DNA of 63,259 bases from Proteromonas lacertae (GCA_002245135.1 NGBS01000604.1:62001-125259); one strand, 5' to 3'. Shown: positions 28,401 through 42,894, counted from the first letter of the stretch. The notes: generated from the letters alone by a model not told the origin. Program-made: numbers and translations.

Positions 28401-28802
28401 CATTTGTCGAAAAAGATATTATCAATTATTCTATATCATCATTAAACATCTCAAGTATTTAAAATTCTGTATTGTATTGTATTGTATATAGAAATTGGGA
28501 TGAGTGAAAAAGGATTGATGATGTTAATAGAAAGATTAAAAGATAATATACCATTGATAAATATAAATTTATCAGGAAATGAATTAGATGAAAAAGAATT
28601 GAGATTAATGAAAGAAAACAAAGAAGTATTTGAAGATTTAGAAAAATTATCAATAACATTAAAAGAAGATATAGATAAATCAGAATTAAAATCATTTTTA
28701 GAAACATTTACATCAATAGTAAAATTAAAAATAGATGGAATAAAAGAAGAAAAAAAAAAAGAGTTTTTAAATGAGTTTATCCAGGGTTGTATAAATAGGT
28801 AA
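25477..28802 (+). CDS. Pseudokinase-LRR protein, family A copy 3; last codons and stop lie inside a transposon TIR
   Basis: ATG 25477, intron 25531-25557, kinase-fold ORF 25630..26967, then LRR exons separated by phase-1 introns. The terminal QGCINR* is read from 28782-28802. Confidence 0.8.
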
Positions 28803-29940
28803 CCTATAGGTTATAGGTAAAACCTATAATCTAGCTTTGACCGTTGGTCTGTCAAACCTCGAGCATTATTTTGTTAAAATCTATTTTAATTACATACTGA
28901 GTAACATTTGTTTAATACAAACTATCATACTATATAAATATATTATTCCTGCTTCTTGTTTTACTTTAATTACCATAGTTAAAATAAGATTGGTTGAAAT
29001 TGTATAAATATATATACTAATATATTAAAATTCATCTACAAACTACTCTATAGTGATATTTAACATATTTATAAACAACTTGTTATTTTGATGATTAATT
29101 TATATTGATTACTATCTCTAAAAAACAAATATTAATGTAATTATAATAATAAATCTCTATTTATGGATATTAATGATTTGTCTTCAACAAGTCTCTTACT
29201 TTCCAGTTTCTGAAAATAAATAAGCATTATAAAACTCTCTTAGAGGTATAATATATCCTAATTTGAAGCAAAACCTTCTAAATTCTGGTGAGTCTAATAT
29301 TGTGGTACTGACTGCATGGAAGGTTATTAATTTACATAGATCTTTGTTGACAGAATCTGAATTGACTTTGGCTTTTACCATATGTAATAATCTGAATATT
29401 TTATTTTAATCACGTTTTCCAAAACATTTTAAAGTAGTTAAAATGTTACTTCTCTAACATACAGCAATTGAATAAATGCACAACTCTATTGATGCGATAG
29501 GGGGTAATGTGATATCCCTATAGTTTCATATATTATAAAGTCTTATAAATATTGAGTAATTATACATCAAATTGATCTAAATCTTAAAAAATAAAGATTT
29601 ACTTAGTCAAACCATCAAGCTTGATGTTTTTTTCTTTTATTTTTTTTATTCTATAATTAATTTAATATATGTTAATAATATGTTATTGTGAGTCATCATT
29701 GAGAAATAGATCAAAATAATAGTAATATAAAAAGTACATCGACCGACTGTCAAATTTGATATTTGAAAGATGATGCATAAAGCTTTAATTTTGTATTTAT
29801 GGTTAGATAATATGCTTCTTAACTCATGTTCAATAGGAGGTCAACTAATAGTTAGTATAAGGAAGGTAAAGGTCAAGCTAAAGATATAGGTTTTGACCTA
29901 TAGGTAAACCTATATTTTTTGACCGAAAAATACAACACTG
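28782..29940 (-). mobile_element. Non-autonomous/decayed hAT-like DNA transposon (~1.16 kb)
   Basis: Imperfect TIRs CAGGGTTGTAT (28782) and ATACAACACTG (ending 29940). Subterminal ACCTATAGGT-type repeats at both ends. Internal minus-strand fragment LCKLITFHAVSTTILDSPEFRRFCFKLGYIIPLR resembles the hAT transposase N-terminal region. No TSD. Confidence 0.75.
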
Positions 29941-29999
29941 TAAAAAACACTAAACAACAAATATTATAATAAAAACAACGATTTACAATAATATTATAA

Positions 30000-32900
30000 C
30001 TATTTATCATTTCGCAACTTTTCAAATAGTTCAGCTGTTAATAAATCTTCTTCATTATCATTTTCTTCATGTCTGCTTGAAGTACTATTAGAATTTTGAT
30101 TTTCTCTTCTTAAATTTCTTCGACTTGATGTTGGAGTGAATGTAGATAGATCTAATAAATTAGGTGGATATCTTGATGGAGTATTATAATGAGAATTATT
30201 TGAATTAGAATCAGTCTTTTCATCTTCAACTATATCACCTATACTCAAAGGAGGTGGAGGTAAAACAGTTGGTGGTGGAGATTGTTGTATTTGTTGAGAT
30301 TCTGATAAATACATATGATTTGGTGAACTTTCAAAAGGATTTAAGGAAGTAGAATGAGTTGAGATTGAACTCTTTCTTTTACTAATAAAATGAGAATTGA
30401 AGGATTTTCTTAAACCACTCTATTGAAATTATTATAAATATATACAGATTTATATAAATATACACTTAATCTTTTTACCAAGTTTGGTTTCATTTTATAG
30501 TATCTATCATTGTTATTATTATTATCCATTATTGGGAAATCTGATCCATATTCTTCATTATATGATATATTACTGTTAAAGTCTTCTCTTTCTCTTTCAT
30601 TTTCATTTGTTTCTCTTCGAAATATTCCAAATTTCTTATTCTTCTTTTCATTTATCACATGCTCTGTGGCTAAGGCGGTAGGAGGAGGTGTTGGATGATG
30701 AGTATTTGTGGTTAATGAAGTATTCGTTACATTAGTTGGTGATTGACGATTCTTGAAGTAATTTGTTAAAGATACAACCAAAGGAGAGTGAGCTATGGCA
30801 GATGTCACCAAATTAGAGATCTATAAATCATATGATAAAAACAATATATACAATATTTCCAGAAGACCATAATAAATGAGAATAAATTTTCTCTATCAAC
30901 TCTTGTAAGTCACAAGTAGTATTCTTGGGTAATTCGAATGAATTGATTGAGAAATGGTATATTTTGCCTTCTACTGATCCAACTGCTAGATTTACATCGA
31001 TTGAATTGAATATTAACTCATCAAACAAAATTGGAAGATGGAATATTCTGTAACTTTCTATAATATTCTTTGATTTTTTGAACGATTTTAACAGAGATAG
31101 TTTGGATGGTTGATTCTCTGTTGATATTGGAGTTAGAAATTGGATCAATAATTGAAATCCATCGGTTGGAGATACTAATAATACAATTGGACTGATTTTC
31201 AATTCCAAATTATGAATTATCTATATATATCATACATATAAATATATACAAAATGTGGTTCAATCTCAGAATATTGACCATTACAATGAAAAGTAAAGAA
31301 ATAAGAAGCATCTTCACCATATCTTGAGAATAAGATTCTATAAATGGAATATATAACATTCACAATATATAGATACTCTGGTTTTTCATTGTAAGGAGTA
31401 GCTTCTAAACATGCATCACTGAGATAATAGTTCAAATTTCCAGTTTGATCAGCATTCCATTCAAATATCATCAATTGATCATTCAATTTGAAATGTGTTA
31501 TAGAATAATTCTAATAAATACATAAATACATACCAATAATTATACTTTTACCATATCGTTGAAATCTATATGAATTATACCAATTGTCATCTTCAATAAC
31601 AAGTTAGGAAGTTCAGTATTAACTTTCAATTCTTCTAATGACAATAAAATACCAAACTTATGTTTTTCATTGATATATTTGGTTCTAATACTGCTCAGTT
31701 CATTCTCATTATGTTCAAATATTGCTAAAAAGTAATCTTGAAACTATTAATAATAATAATAATAATATATATATATATATACTTCTAGTGGAATGATAAT
31801 GCTTTTTATATAATAATTTATATATTTTTGATAATAGAATAACCATTTCAACTGCATCATTGTATTATAACTTCCCTATTTAATATATGTATAGAATAAT
31901 ACAATCAATGTATCTGATGGTAGTAATGGAGTTGATCTACTACTCTGAAATCGACTAAACATCGCTAAAGCTTCAGTCAAACATTTAAACAAGCCAATAC
32001 AAACTAAATACAATGTGCTAAATTCTAAGGAATTGAATGAGAATGGAATTTGACTTATATCAATATTTATAACATAATGTCTTTCAAATGGAGACATCCA
32101 CATTTGCATTGTTATATCGAAATTATCAGTGATTGGCTTGAATATACCAAATTCTTCACCACTTCCATATTGTTCTGGTAACCATTCAATACTATCATTC
32201 GATAAATCAGGAACTAATAGTTTAGAAGGAGCGATGAATAATCTGAAATTATTGGCTATAAATAGACATTTATAAACTAAAAATTTATCATCAGAGAATA
32301 AACAAATTCCTATTTCTTTCATTGAACTTATCATCACATCATTTGTATCATCATTTTGTATATGGAATTGAGGATATTCACAATGTAACTTCAATATTGG
32401 AACTACTGCACTATCTATTGTATTTTGAAATTCATGAACTGCATCAAAGTTAATTCCTAAATCAGTTTTATCATCTAATAATAATGATCTTGATGATTCA
32501 CTCGCACTTACATTTACATTTGGTGTACTATTATTATTTCCATGAATTCTCCATATTGATTCATTTGGAACAATTGAATCTCTATTTTAATAATAATAAT
32601 AATAATAATATATATACAATAATGATGGTGAATCTGGACTTCTAAATGATGTATTATTATTACTATTACGATTATGATATATCTTATCAATTGAATGTTT
32701 ATTATAAGATTTCAAATTATCAATTAACTGTAAAATATGACCGCCAAGTGGTAATAATGAATGTAAAATAATATCATTATTGATTCGAGTTTTGAATTGA
32801 TAAATATACATAGTAAAGTTAGATTTATCAAATACAATTGGAATATTCATTTCTTCATTATTCCTTTCATTATAGAAATCAGTTACTCCATCATTCACAC

Positions 32901-35900
32901 CACTGATATTATCCATTAAGAAATCTCCAATACTATTTCGATGGAATGAAGCTCTTTTAATCTTTCGAAGTCTATTAAACTCTTCTCTTATACCACTAGC
33001 AGCTTTTGCAGAATTGAGTGTAGTAGAATCAGTTTGAAGTGAGTTATAAATCTTAAACAATTCCTTTATTTCAGGTAAAAACAGTTCAACATCTATATAC
33101 TGATATATTCTTAACTGTAATAAACTTGAAAAGAAATTAAAAGTGTCAGGTGAATTGTACAATCGAACAGTTATATTATTTATTACACTCACCGTATTAC
33201 TTATACACCAATAGTGACAACCATCAAAGAATATTGGCAAAACACTAAAATCATTAGGAGATGGGTGATAATTCATTTTTATTATTTTCCCCATTACATA
33301 GGATGGATTATTAATACAAGTTAATATACCAACGTTATGTTGGATACTTTCATAGATATGAGCTTCAAAATATTCAATTATTATTTTATTGATTTCAACT
33401 TCATCTAATATTTTACATATTATTTTTTTTATATATTCTAATGGACTATTATGTAAATAATATTTTATCTTTAAAAATTCATCATAATAAGTTGTAGCGA
33501 ATTGTAACAGCCATTGAATCTTATCTAATGATATTTCAAACACTGGTGGACGATTCATTTTCATTATTTCATAACCAAACCTTAGCTTGAAGTAATCAGT
33601 AATGAAATATTGTAATAATTTATCTCTTATTGAATTACTTGTTTCTCTATCATTTGTACCATTTGGATCACAATCTTCATATACTGTTTTTCTTTCATTT
33701 TTAGTATAAACAAATGGGAAAACGTAATGAGTATGGTTTTTATTGACTGTTTTATGATATTGCATTTCTAAAATAATATTTTGTTTGGGAATATCTAATA
33801 TTAATGTAGGAGCAGCTATTTAAATAATAATATATAATATATATATTTATATTTATATATACTATCTTCTTCAATGATTGAAACTGTCATATCTTCAATA
33901 TCAATCTCCATATGATAAAACACTTTTGGAGCAAATAGTTTAGTTGACATTAACAATATTTCTATTCCTGGAACTACTGATATATAAGGATCATTGGAAT
34001 TCAATAATTTCATTCGAATAATATCAAATTTCGCTTTCACTTCAAAGTGCAATAAGAATCTCAAAAAATCTATAACGGACATATTTCCATAAATTAAATA
34101 ATAATAAATAAGTTTATAAACACTGGAAGTACTGTCTAAAATGGAGGAAATATGACCACTTGTAATAACAGTTGTTAAATTCTTTCCATTTATCTTTATT
34201 TTTCCATATATTTTTGGATATAATAAACCAAATGAAAGTGGAATATCAACAAGACTAACACAACGAATTTTACTATTTTCATGAAAGCAATTATAAGTTG
34301 AAAATAACACCATCAAAGCATCACCATCTATCTTTATATTATCACTTTGAAGGATAGGATATGATTGATTTCTTATTTTTAATGAAAAATAATTCATTGT
34401 AAAGTTAAATATTGTATTGATATTGTATTCTATCAATGGCTTTCTTTGATTTTCATTGGACTAGTAATATATCTTCATCATACTCCTGAATGATGTTAAA
34501 TATATTCACTTTATCCCTTTCTAAAGTACAGGACAGTATCAATTCTCTTATTTCTATTTCTAATAATCCATTCGTTGAAATACATTTCTTTTGTTTCATA
34601 TAATATCTTTTTGATGCTTCTACTGTTCTTTGAACGAAAGAATTCACATATTCCTCATTTGGAACTTTACCATTACAGAATAATTCAATATAATCATTGT
34701 ATATTTGATCTTCTACGATTCTTGTTTGAAGTTCTTCCTTCTGACAAGATAGATTTCTGTGTAACATTGATTCAGTTTTGTTATCAACGAATATTATTTT
34801 TAAATTTGTTCCATTACACCATAGTGTATTAGGAAACATATCTTGAGGGAACCATTTCCAATATTTGTAGTATTCTTGACATCTTGGTTGAAATCTTCCA
34901 ATTAATTTCATTATACCTTCATATAATCCAATTCCCTATTTTGATAATATCAATATATATTTATAAAAATAAGAAAAAAGTGATAAATTAAGAAAATAAA
35001 AAATTCGTAGAAACCGTGGAAACTCAAGAAAAAACAACATTAGAAATACATACAATGGCTACTGCTTCACTAGCTATAGTTTGCACTTCAAACTGATATG
35101 GAATATATATAGACATATTCCTAAAAGTAGCATTCCAACCATATTTACCAAATACTGTCTCCATTACATTTGACAGATTACCATCTCTTTGAGACACAGC
35201 TTGTTCTCTCAATAATATTTCATATTGATATAAGCCCATTATTCTATCATGATTCTCATTTGTTTGTAATAGATCCATAAAATCGTGATGATAGAATATT
35301 TCACCATTCATTCTCACTGTCATATTATCCATCAACCAGTGACACCATAAATCATACGTTGCGAATAAATCCATATGTAAGGTAAATTCATATCCATTAC
35401 TGATTTTTGTTTTTACATTGAAATTGTAACTATAAATACGTTCTAATTTAGCACCACAAGCACTTAATTTTTTATATTCTTTCCATTTCATATACTGCAA
35501 ATAATCAAAGTTATAAAATGACGGATTTTCTTCTAAACCTTCAATAAATATTCCACTTGGATTATCATAGGAACTAATTTGAGGAGAATGATAATCTACT
35601 TCTTCACCATTTATCCAATTATTGCAATTACAGTGGCTATTATTAATATTTCTCTTTCTTTTTCTTAATTCATCTAATCTTAATTGCATTGTAAAGTACT
35701 GTAAATAACTTGCATATTTTATCTTGTGCATCATTCCATGAAAGTGTATATGCATTGCTAAACTCCAGTTTATATTCACTGTATCCATATACATATCACT
35801 ATATTCACCATCTTTATAAAAATCATATTCATATAATATCAATCGATTAAAATGCATTATGAATTCATCATGATCTAATGGATATTTATCAAATTTTAGA

Positions 35901-38568
35901 TTGACTATATGGATATGATGAATATCAGCTCTAATATCAAATGTTGCGTGGTTTATTCCCATTATTACTTCTTCTATTGTGATTTTCTTAACAGTTACTA
36001 CATCTGTTAATTCATATTCAAGTGTATATGGAATATACACTGTAATGGATGACATTTTACCTGTTATTTTATAAATTGGTTTATTTTCAAATGGATTTGT
36101 TGTTTCTGGAGGTAATTCCACTTTCTCTGGTATTCTATCAATATTTGTATTCTCACAAATTTCTAATTCTGATGGCTTTTTAGATGGTAATAATGAAGTA
36201 GGTAACATTAACATAAATAACCACTGGATATCACCAAATGCTTGAATTACATCGTAACTCCATTGAAATTCCATTTGTGGTAATAGAAAATCAACTTCTG
36301 GTTCAAATTTTAAGAATTTAAAATCGAAATTTACTTTAAATGTTGGAATATGTAAGAAATGTTTATCTAATGGGAAAATTGAATTATCAATTTCAAAATT
36401 CTTCTTTGGATTATTCAAACGATTTCTTAATGAAAATATCTGTGGATAATTATCCATTAAACCTTGGATTTCAATTATATCTAATTTACTACTCAAAACT
36501 CCATTTTTATCAATATTTAAGGTTATTATTGTTGAATTTATTTCCATTGATAATAGTTTATTATGTGGATTTTTATTGAATGACATTACATTCTTACCTA
36601 AATTTAAAGAAAATGAAATAATTGGTGAAAATTTATCAATAAATTCCTTGTTGATTAATGTATAACTTTGACTTATATCAAATGGTAAAATCAATGAAAA
36701 TAGTTTATTCCATTCAAATTCTTTCAGTTTTGATAAATTGGACATTCTTATATTCTTTAAATCAATAAACTGTGACCAATCAAATTCTGTTAAATCTTTT
36801 ACATTTGACCACTCAATTGGACTAAATGATTGGATAAAAGATTTCAAATCAGTGCTAAATATCTTTTGCATATATTTCAATAATGGAATTTCTCCACTAA
36901 TAATAGAATCTTTAATATTATCCATTAATAAGTAAATAGAATCTTCTAATTGATTGTTCATGTAAAATATAAAACTTGAAACAGCTTCATCCATTGTTAT
37001 TGATACTTGAGGAATTGGAATTGATATATCTAAATGTGTTTGTGATTGTAAATCATTGGTTTTAGTTATTTCATTTCCTATTAAGTAATCTAATTCAATC
37101 TTTCCTGAATTGGTGTGTAAAATATTTACCACATGGCCATTAGTTAAGTAATTACCAAATTCAGTTGGCATATCTATTTAAAAACAAACATAAGTTTAAA
37201 AATAAAGATCAAAATAGAGTAAAAAAGAAAGAAGAAATATATAAATATATATACTTGTTATTGGACAGTTCTGTATATTATTATTACTTAATTCATTACA
37301 ATCACAACAATGATTCGTTGTTAGAGAAATTGATTCATAATCAATTGAATATTTCAAATATAAATCAGCTTTATATCGATTCATTTCGTTTCTTGATAGG
37401 ATTATTGATTTATGTAATGGATTGGAATAAATTGAATGATTTATATTCAATGTATTGATTAGTAATGTCATAATTGACTTGGTTGAACGGATTATATTGA
37501 ATTGAAATGACTTTATTATAAATGAAATGTTGTTTGGTAAATAATCTATATGTATTTCATTAATATAATATATATACTGTTTATCTTATATATTACATCA
37601 GTAGGATCTAAAGTGATGGTTTGACAAAATTCGTTTATCTGTTTTATATATTCATATGTAAAATCTTTTCCAGATAAATATAACTATTAAAATAATAATT
37701 AATAATAGATACTATTGAATCATAGATTAAATATATGATATTGACTTCACTTGGAGTATATAATATCACTATCTTTTCCATATTTACATCAATATTATTT
37801 GGAATTATTGTTATTTCAGAAGTTGTTTTAGATAATGATAAATCTAACTTTAAATTTTCTATCTTTATTAAATTACTACTTTTATTATTCGTCAATTGAA
37901 GGGTTAATGGTTGTTGTTCATTTTTCTCATTCTTATTTATTACAATATTAAATTTTACATTATCATTTGAACATTCAGATTTCAATTCAAGAGAGAAATG
38001 TAACAATGAAAATTGACAATATTCCTTCCCGTTCTTATTAACTACTACCTTGATCGTTATGTCGTTTATTTCAAGTTGAGATAAATCTATAAATCTTAAG
38101 ATATAAGAAAGATAAGGAACTGATATTGCTATTATAATATATATAGGAATAAACATTATACTAAACTTCTTTTCAAACATATCTTGAAGGAATACAATCA
38201 AATAATCTTTAGATAATGGGATTTTATCTGGAATTTTATTAAAATCAACTGTAATTGACAATATCCCTCTAACTATCTCTAATAAAAATAACTTCACTGA
38301 AAATAAAAGTGATTTAACTGGTCTCACTGAAAAGAAAAACAGAAATGGATGATCTTCACGAAGTTTAACATACTCTGGTAATATCTTTTTTGAAAATTGA
38401 ACTAATATAATATAATAAAAGCATACATATTACAAAATTAATTATTGCACTCACACAGTAAGATGTAACCTACTACATAACAAATTCCATATATACTTTG
38501 GGTATTACAATAACCAATGCTACATATATAAGAATTGTATATATAATGATAGAAAAAATTAAAAACAT
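30000..38568 (-). CDS. Bridge-like lipid transfer protein, BLTP2/Fmp27/Hobbit-like (multi-exon)
   Basis: Chain of co-oriented ORFs linked by short introns. N-terminal TM (MFLIFSIIIYTILIYVALVIVIPK) and a long beta-strand-rich body. LKIRNQSYPIL, YPKIYGKIKI and IDFLRFLLH resemble Fmp27 motifs (RDYPLPL, PLKFYHD, WDKxRLLxHG). Not every junction was verified. Confidence 0.55.
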
Positions 38569-38850
38569 GAAAAGAAAAGAAGAAAGAATAATTAATTTCT
38601 AAAAATATATTCGTTTCAGTGTGATGTTTTTTTAATTTCATCTTTATATTTTACTGCTTTCCATACTTAATGATGGGTAAACAAACTTATGAAAATATTA
38701 ATATAACCAATGTTTAATGAATAAAAATAGAATATTAAATCAGAAAATTCTAGAAAATTATCAAGCCTACTGTAAAAAAGTTTGATATTTAAATTTTTGA
38801 TTTTTTCTTCTTCCTGTATTGTTCTGTTGTAGATAATTGGATAGAAAAAA

Positions 38851-40549
38851 ATGGAATCCTTATCTGGTTGGTTGAATGATAATAAATATGAAGTATTAAT
38901 TTGTTTTACTCTTTTATAGTTGTTAAGTCATGAAAATGGTAATGAATTACTGAAAATTCGAGATATGAACAACAAGACAAGGAAGTTATTGAAAGTGATG
39001 AATGTGAGAGAGTTAGATCAAAAAGTAGTTGAAGAAGTGGTGACAATAATGAAAATAGTGAATAATATGAATATTTATGGCTTAATGAAATACAAAATAA
39101 TCGAAATGAAAGGAGAGTGTTTATATAGAGTGATGAGAGAGTATAAAACTCACATAGATATAATAAATCCTCTGAAATACTTTGAAGAAAGTGGTGTATT
39201 TGAAGTATTGAATGGAATACTGAATGTATTGAAGAGTTTAAATGAAAATGGAACAATTCACAGTGATTTAAAACCCTCAAATATCTTTTTAAATGATGAA
39301 AATGAAGTGATAATAAGTGATTATTGTAACAATTCATTATATAAAGGAAGAGAAAAAAAGAAACAATTAGGAAGTGAAGAAGATTTATGTTTTGTTTGTT
39401 ATGATGAATTATTAGGAAAAGAGTTGGATATATCAAGTGATATTTGGAATTTTGGTTTAATATTTTATTATATAAAAAGTGGCAAATATCCATTTATTGG
39501 TAGGAACATGTTAGAAACAATAATGAATATATTAAATGTGAAATATGTTCCATTGAAATGTGAAAATGGAGATGAAGTAAACTCTTTTTTAAGAAGAATA
39601 CTTCAAAATGAAAAGAAAGATAGATTAAAATTGGATGAAATAATATGTGAATTGAAAAGTATGTTTTATAATTATTATAATATCATAAAATAGAATTAAA
39701 TGAAGCAGAACTTCCAGTAATTCCATTTGAAGTAGATGAAGAAATGAGTATAAATAATATAAATAATATGAAAATAGAAAAAAGAATAGATGAGAGAATT
39801 GATAAATGTAAAAAACATCATAAAATATTTATTGGATTTTCATGGATGTATATATATAATATAATGTTAAAATATAATAATTAGTGAAAATGAAAGATGA
39901 AGGAATGAAATATTTATGTTCAAGACTTAATACAATGAATAATGTCACAGAAATTGAAATTAATTGTATGATAAATAAATAGTAATATTTATAGATAGTG
40001 AAGTAACTTCAGAAGGAATAAATACATTCTCAAAATGTTTAAAATTCTTCCCAAATGTGGATATATTATCATTAAATAATAATTTATTTGGAAATGATAG
40101 TTTAAAAATCTTTTCAGAATATCTTCATTGCATTCCAAAATTGGAATATTTGTCTTTGAATGATAGTATTTATTTTTTGTTATTATTGTTAAATAGATTG
40201 TCTAGGAAATGAAGATATGAAATATTTAAGTTCACATTTTAAAGATATACCGCATTTAGAAGAATTATATTTTGTGGGTATATTATAATGATAATGATAA
40301 ATAGTTGGTAAAATTGGTGATAAAGGAGTTGAATATTTGTGTGAGAATTTAAATGAAATACCAAAGTTACAAAAATTAGGTTTGTGTTGTAATAAAATTG
40401 GTGATGAAGGAGGAGAAATACTTTTAAACAATCTTCATAAATGTAGAGAATTAAAAGTATTATGGATATTTAAAAACAACATATCAAATTATGAAGATTA
40501 TATAAGAAGAATAACAGTAAAATATCCAAATATTACTGAGATTATATAG
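38851..40549 (+). CDS. Ser/Thr kinase-LRR protein, family B
   Basis: ATG 38851, intron 38893-38919, IHSDLKPSNIFL, SDIWNFGLI, then RI-like LRRs (NKIGDEGG). One junction near 39850-39884 could not be resolved with a canonical short intron. Confidence 0.7.
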
Positions 40550-40743
40550 TTATGATGTAAATAATCAATTATTATACAATTCATTACTTTCTATTTCTAT
40601 TACATTTTGAATATTGATGATTTCATTTCTTCATATCTGTTTTATAACACTCAAAAATTAATTTGAAATAATTCAAGCACAGGCTTGATTTGAAAAGAAC
40701 AGAAAATTCTTGAAAATTCTTATTTACTTTTAGTTGAACTTTA

Positions 40744-42684
40744 ATGAATAAAATAGATTATATTATTAATGAGACATTTGAAACAGAACGAAAGTATTTA
40801 AAATATTTAAAGTATAATATTTCATGATCTAATTCCATTAGTGTGTTAAATGATGTTTATTTTGTTCCATTCAATAAATTAAATCTTAAAAATGAGATTG
40901 TAAATAATTTTATACCATACTTAAAGCCAATTATCGATTTACACACAGAGATAGTGGATGGCTTTAATAGGATAGGAAAAGATAATATAAGTGCTGAATA
41001 TAAAGTGACAGGAATATGTGACATTTTATCTCGAAGTAGTGACAAATTCAGAGTTTATCTAAAGTATTTCAGAGATAATCAAAGATTTATAGAAGAGATA
41101 CACAATTTATCATCAAAGAAGAAATTTAGAGCAATTATAGATGAAGGTATAAAGAATCCAAATTGTGATGGTTTAAATTTTGCTTCGATAGAGATAATGC
41201 CAATACAAAGATTACCTCGTTATATATTATTATTAAAAGAATTATCAAAATGTATAAATGAAAACAACAATAATTTAAAAGAAAAAATAACATCTACAAG
41301 TAAATCAATAGATATAGTAATTCAAGAATGTAATAAATCATTAAATGAGTATATAGCTGAATCAACAGTAAAAAGAATATTTGAAGAATGGAATAAAAAC
41401 ATATTAATATTAAAACCTAATCGTAAATTCATAAAAGAAGGTGATTTATATAAGAAGAAAGATAAAAAATATCGATTTGTATTATTCAATGATAGTTTGA
41501 TGTATGGTCAAGCTTCAATGATGGGAAAATCCATAAAATTTCATAATATATTTAATTTAAATGAAATCCGAATAAATGATTTAAATGAGAATAAATATGC
41601 ATTATCATTTCAACTAGTAAGTTCAATCAAATCATTTGTAGTGACATTTTCAAATGAAAATGATATGAAAAGTTGGAAAGAAGCAATAAACACAACTAAA
41701 GAAACTTTAATTAATAATAATCCAACATTATCAGTAGTTGTAAAATATGCATTTGATGATAGTAGTAAATATTGTATGAATAATGAATGTTCAAATGAAT
41801 TTGGTCGATTTGAAAAGAGAATAATGTGTTATAAATGTGGAAGAGTATGTTGTGAAAAATGTTTAGGAAATAACAGTAGAGATAGATATAAATGTGATAT
41901 TTGTATGAAAGAAAGTTCATTATTAAGTCCATCACCTTCTCCATCAACTCCAATTAGTGAAGAATTATCACCTAATAAGTCCAATTCATCATTCATATTT
42001 GATGAATCAAGATTAAGTTCAGATTCTAAATCCACTCCAAGATCTTCAACAATCAATGGATTTGAAATAATGGAGAATGATTTGACATCAACTGATAGAA
42101 GTAAAATTGAATATGACGATGAACAAATATCATTAGATGATAATAGTAATGTGTTAGAGAAAGAGAAAATATTCATTTCTGATGAAGCAACAACAGAAAC
42201 AACTCCAACATCTACTATAGAAGAAGCAGAAGAAGAAATACCGAAATCAGATGTAAATCCTATTGTCGATTCAATGGAGAATGAAATAGAAATAAAAACG
42301 TATGTAGAAATAGAATCAACAACTGAAATATTACCAAATATACCAACAACAGATCTGTCAATGAAAGAAACTAAGATTGTAGAAGACAAAACAGGTGAAA
42401 ATGAATTAATAAATACAATACCCGTGAAAGAAGAAGAAAAAGTAATACTAAAAGAGAATATTGAAGTGGAAATAGAAATGGAAATAGAAAAAATAGATTT
42501 GAAGGTAATTGAATCTGTCGGTTATAAAAAATTAACATCTTTTTATACAGAACATCCAATACATTATATTTATTTATTTACCAAGTATTTAAGTGATGAA
42601 GAAGTGTATGAGAAAATAGAATCTCCTTTGTTCAATTATTCTCAAGATTTTATTAATCAAGTGAAAAATATGTCAAAAGTATAA
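40744..42684 (+). CDS. RhoGEF(DH)-PH-FYVE protein, copy 2
   Basis: Same N-terminal DH-PH-FYVE as 16447..20755, with a different acidic tail and no obvious TM. Confidence 0.85.
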
Positions 42685-42894
42685 ATATGTTGTAATATAT
42701 GCTTATATATAAATATATGATATTCTTGAAATTAGTGTTGTTTTGTATTATTTTTGGTATATAGTTTCACATGCATAACTTATATAAAGCAATTAAATCT
42801 TGATAAAAACTCTAAATATAGTTGCACTTGAATAACAGAAAATTTATTTCATTTTATTTTTTATCTGTTTTATCTGATCAAGCGGTTAAAACAA

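Noticed and set aside
29497..29521. ATAGGG...CCCTAT hairpin inside the transposon
   Set aside because: Only a 6-bp stem; not supportable as a functional structure.
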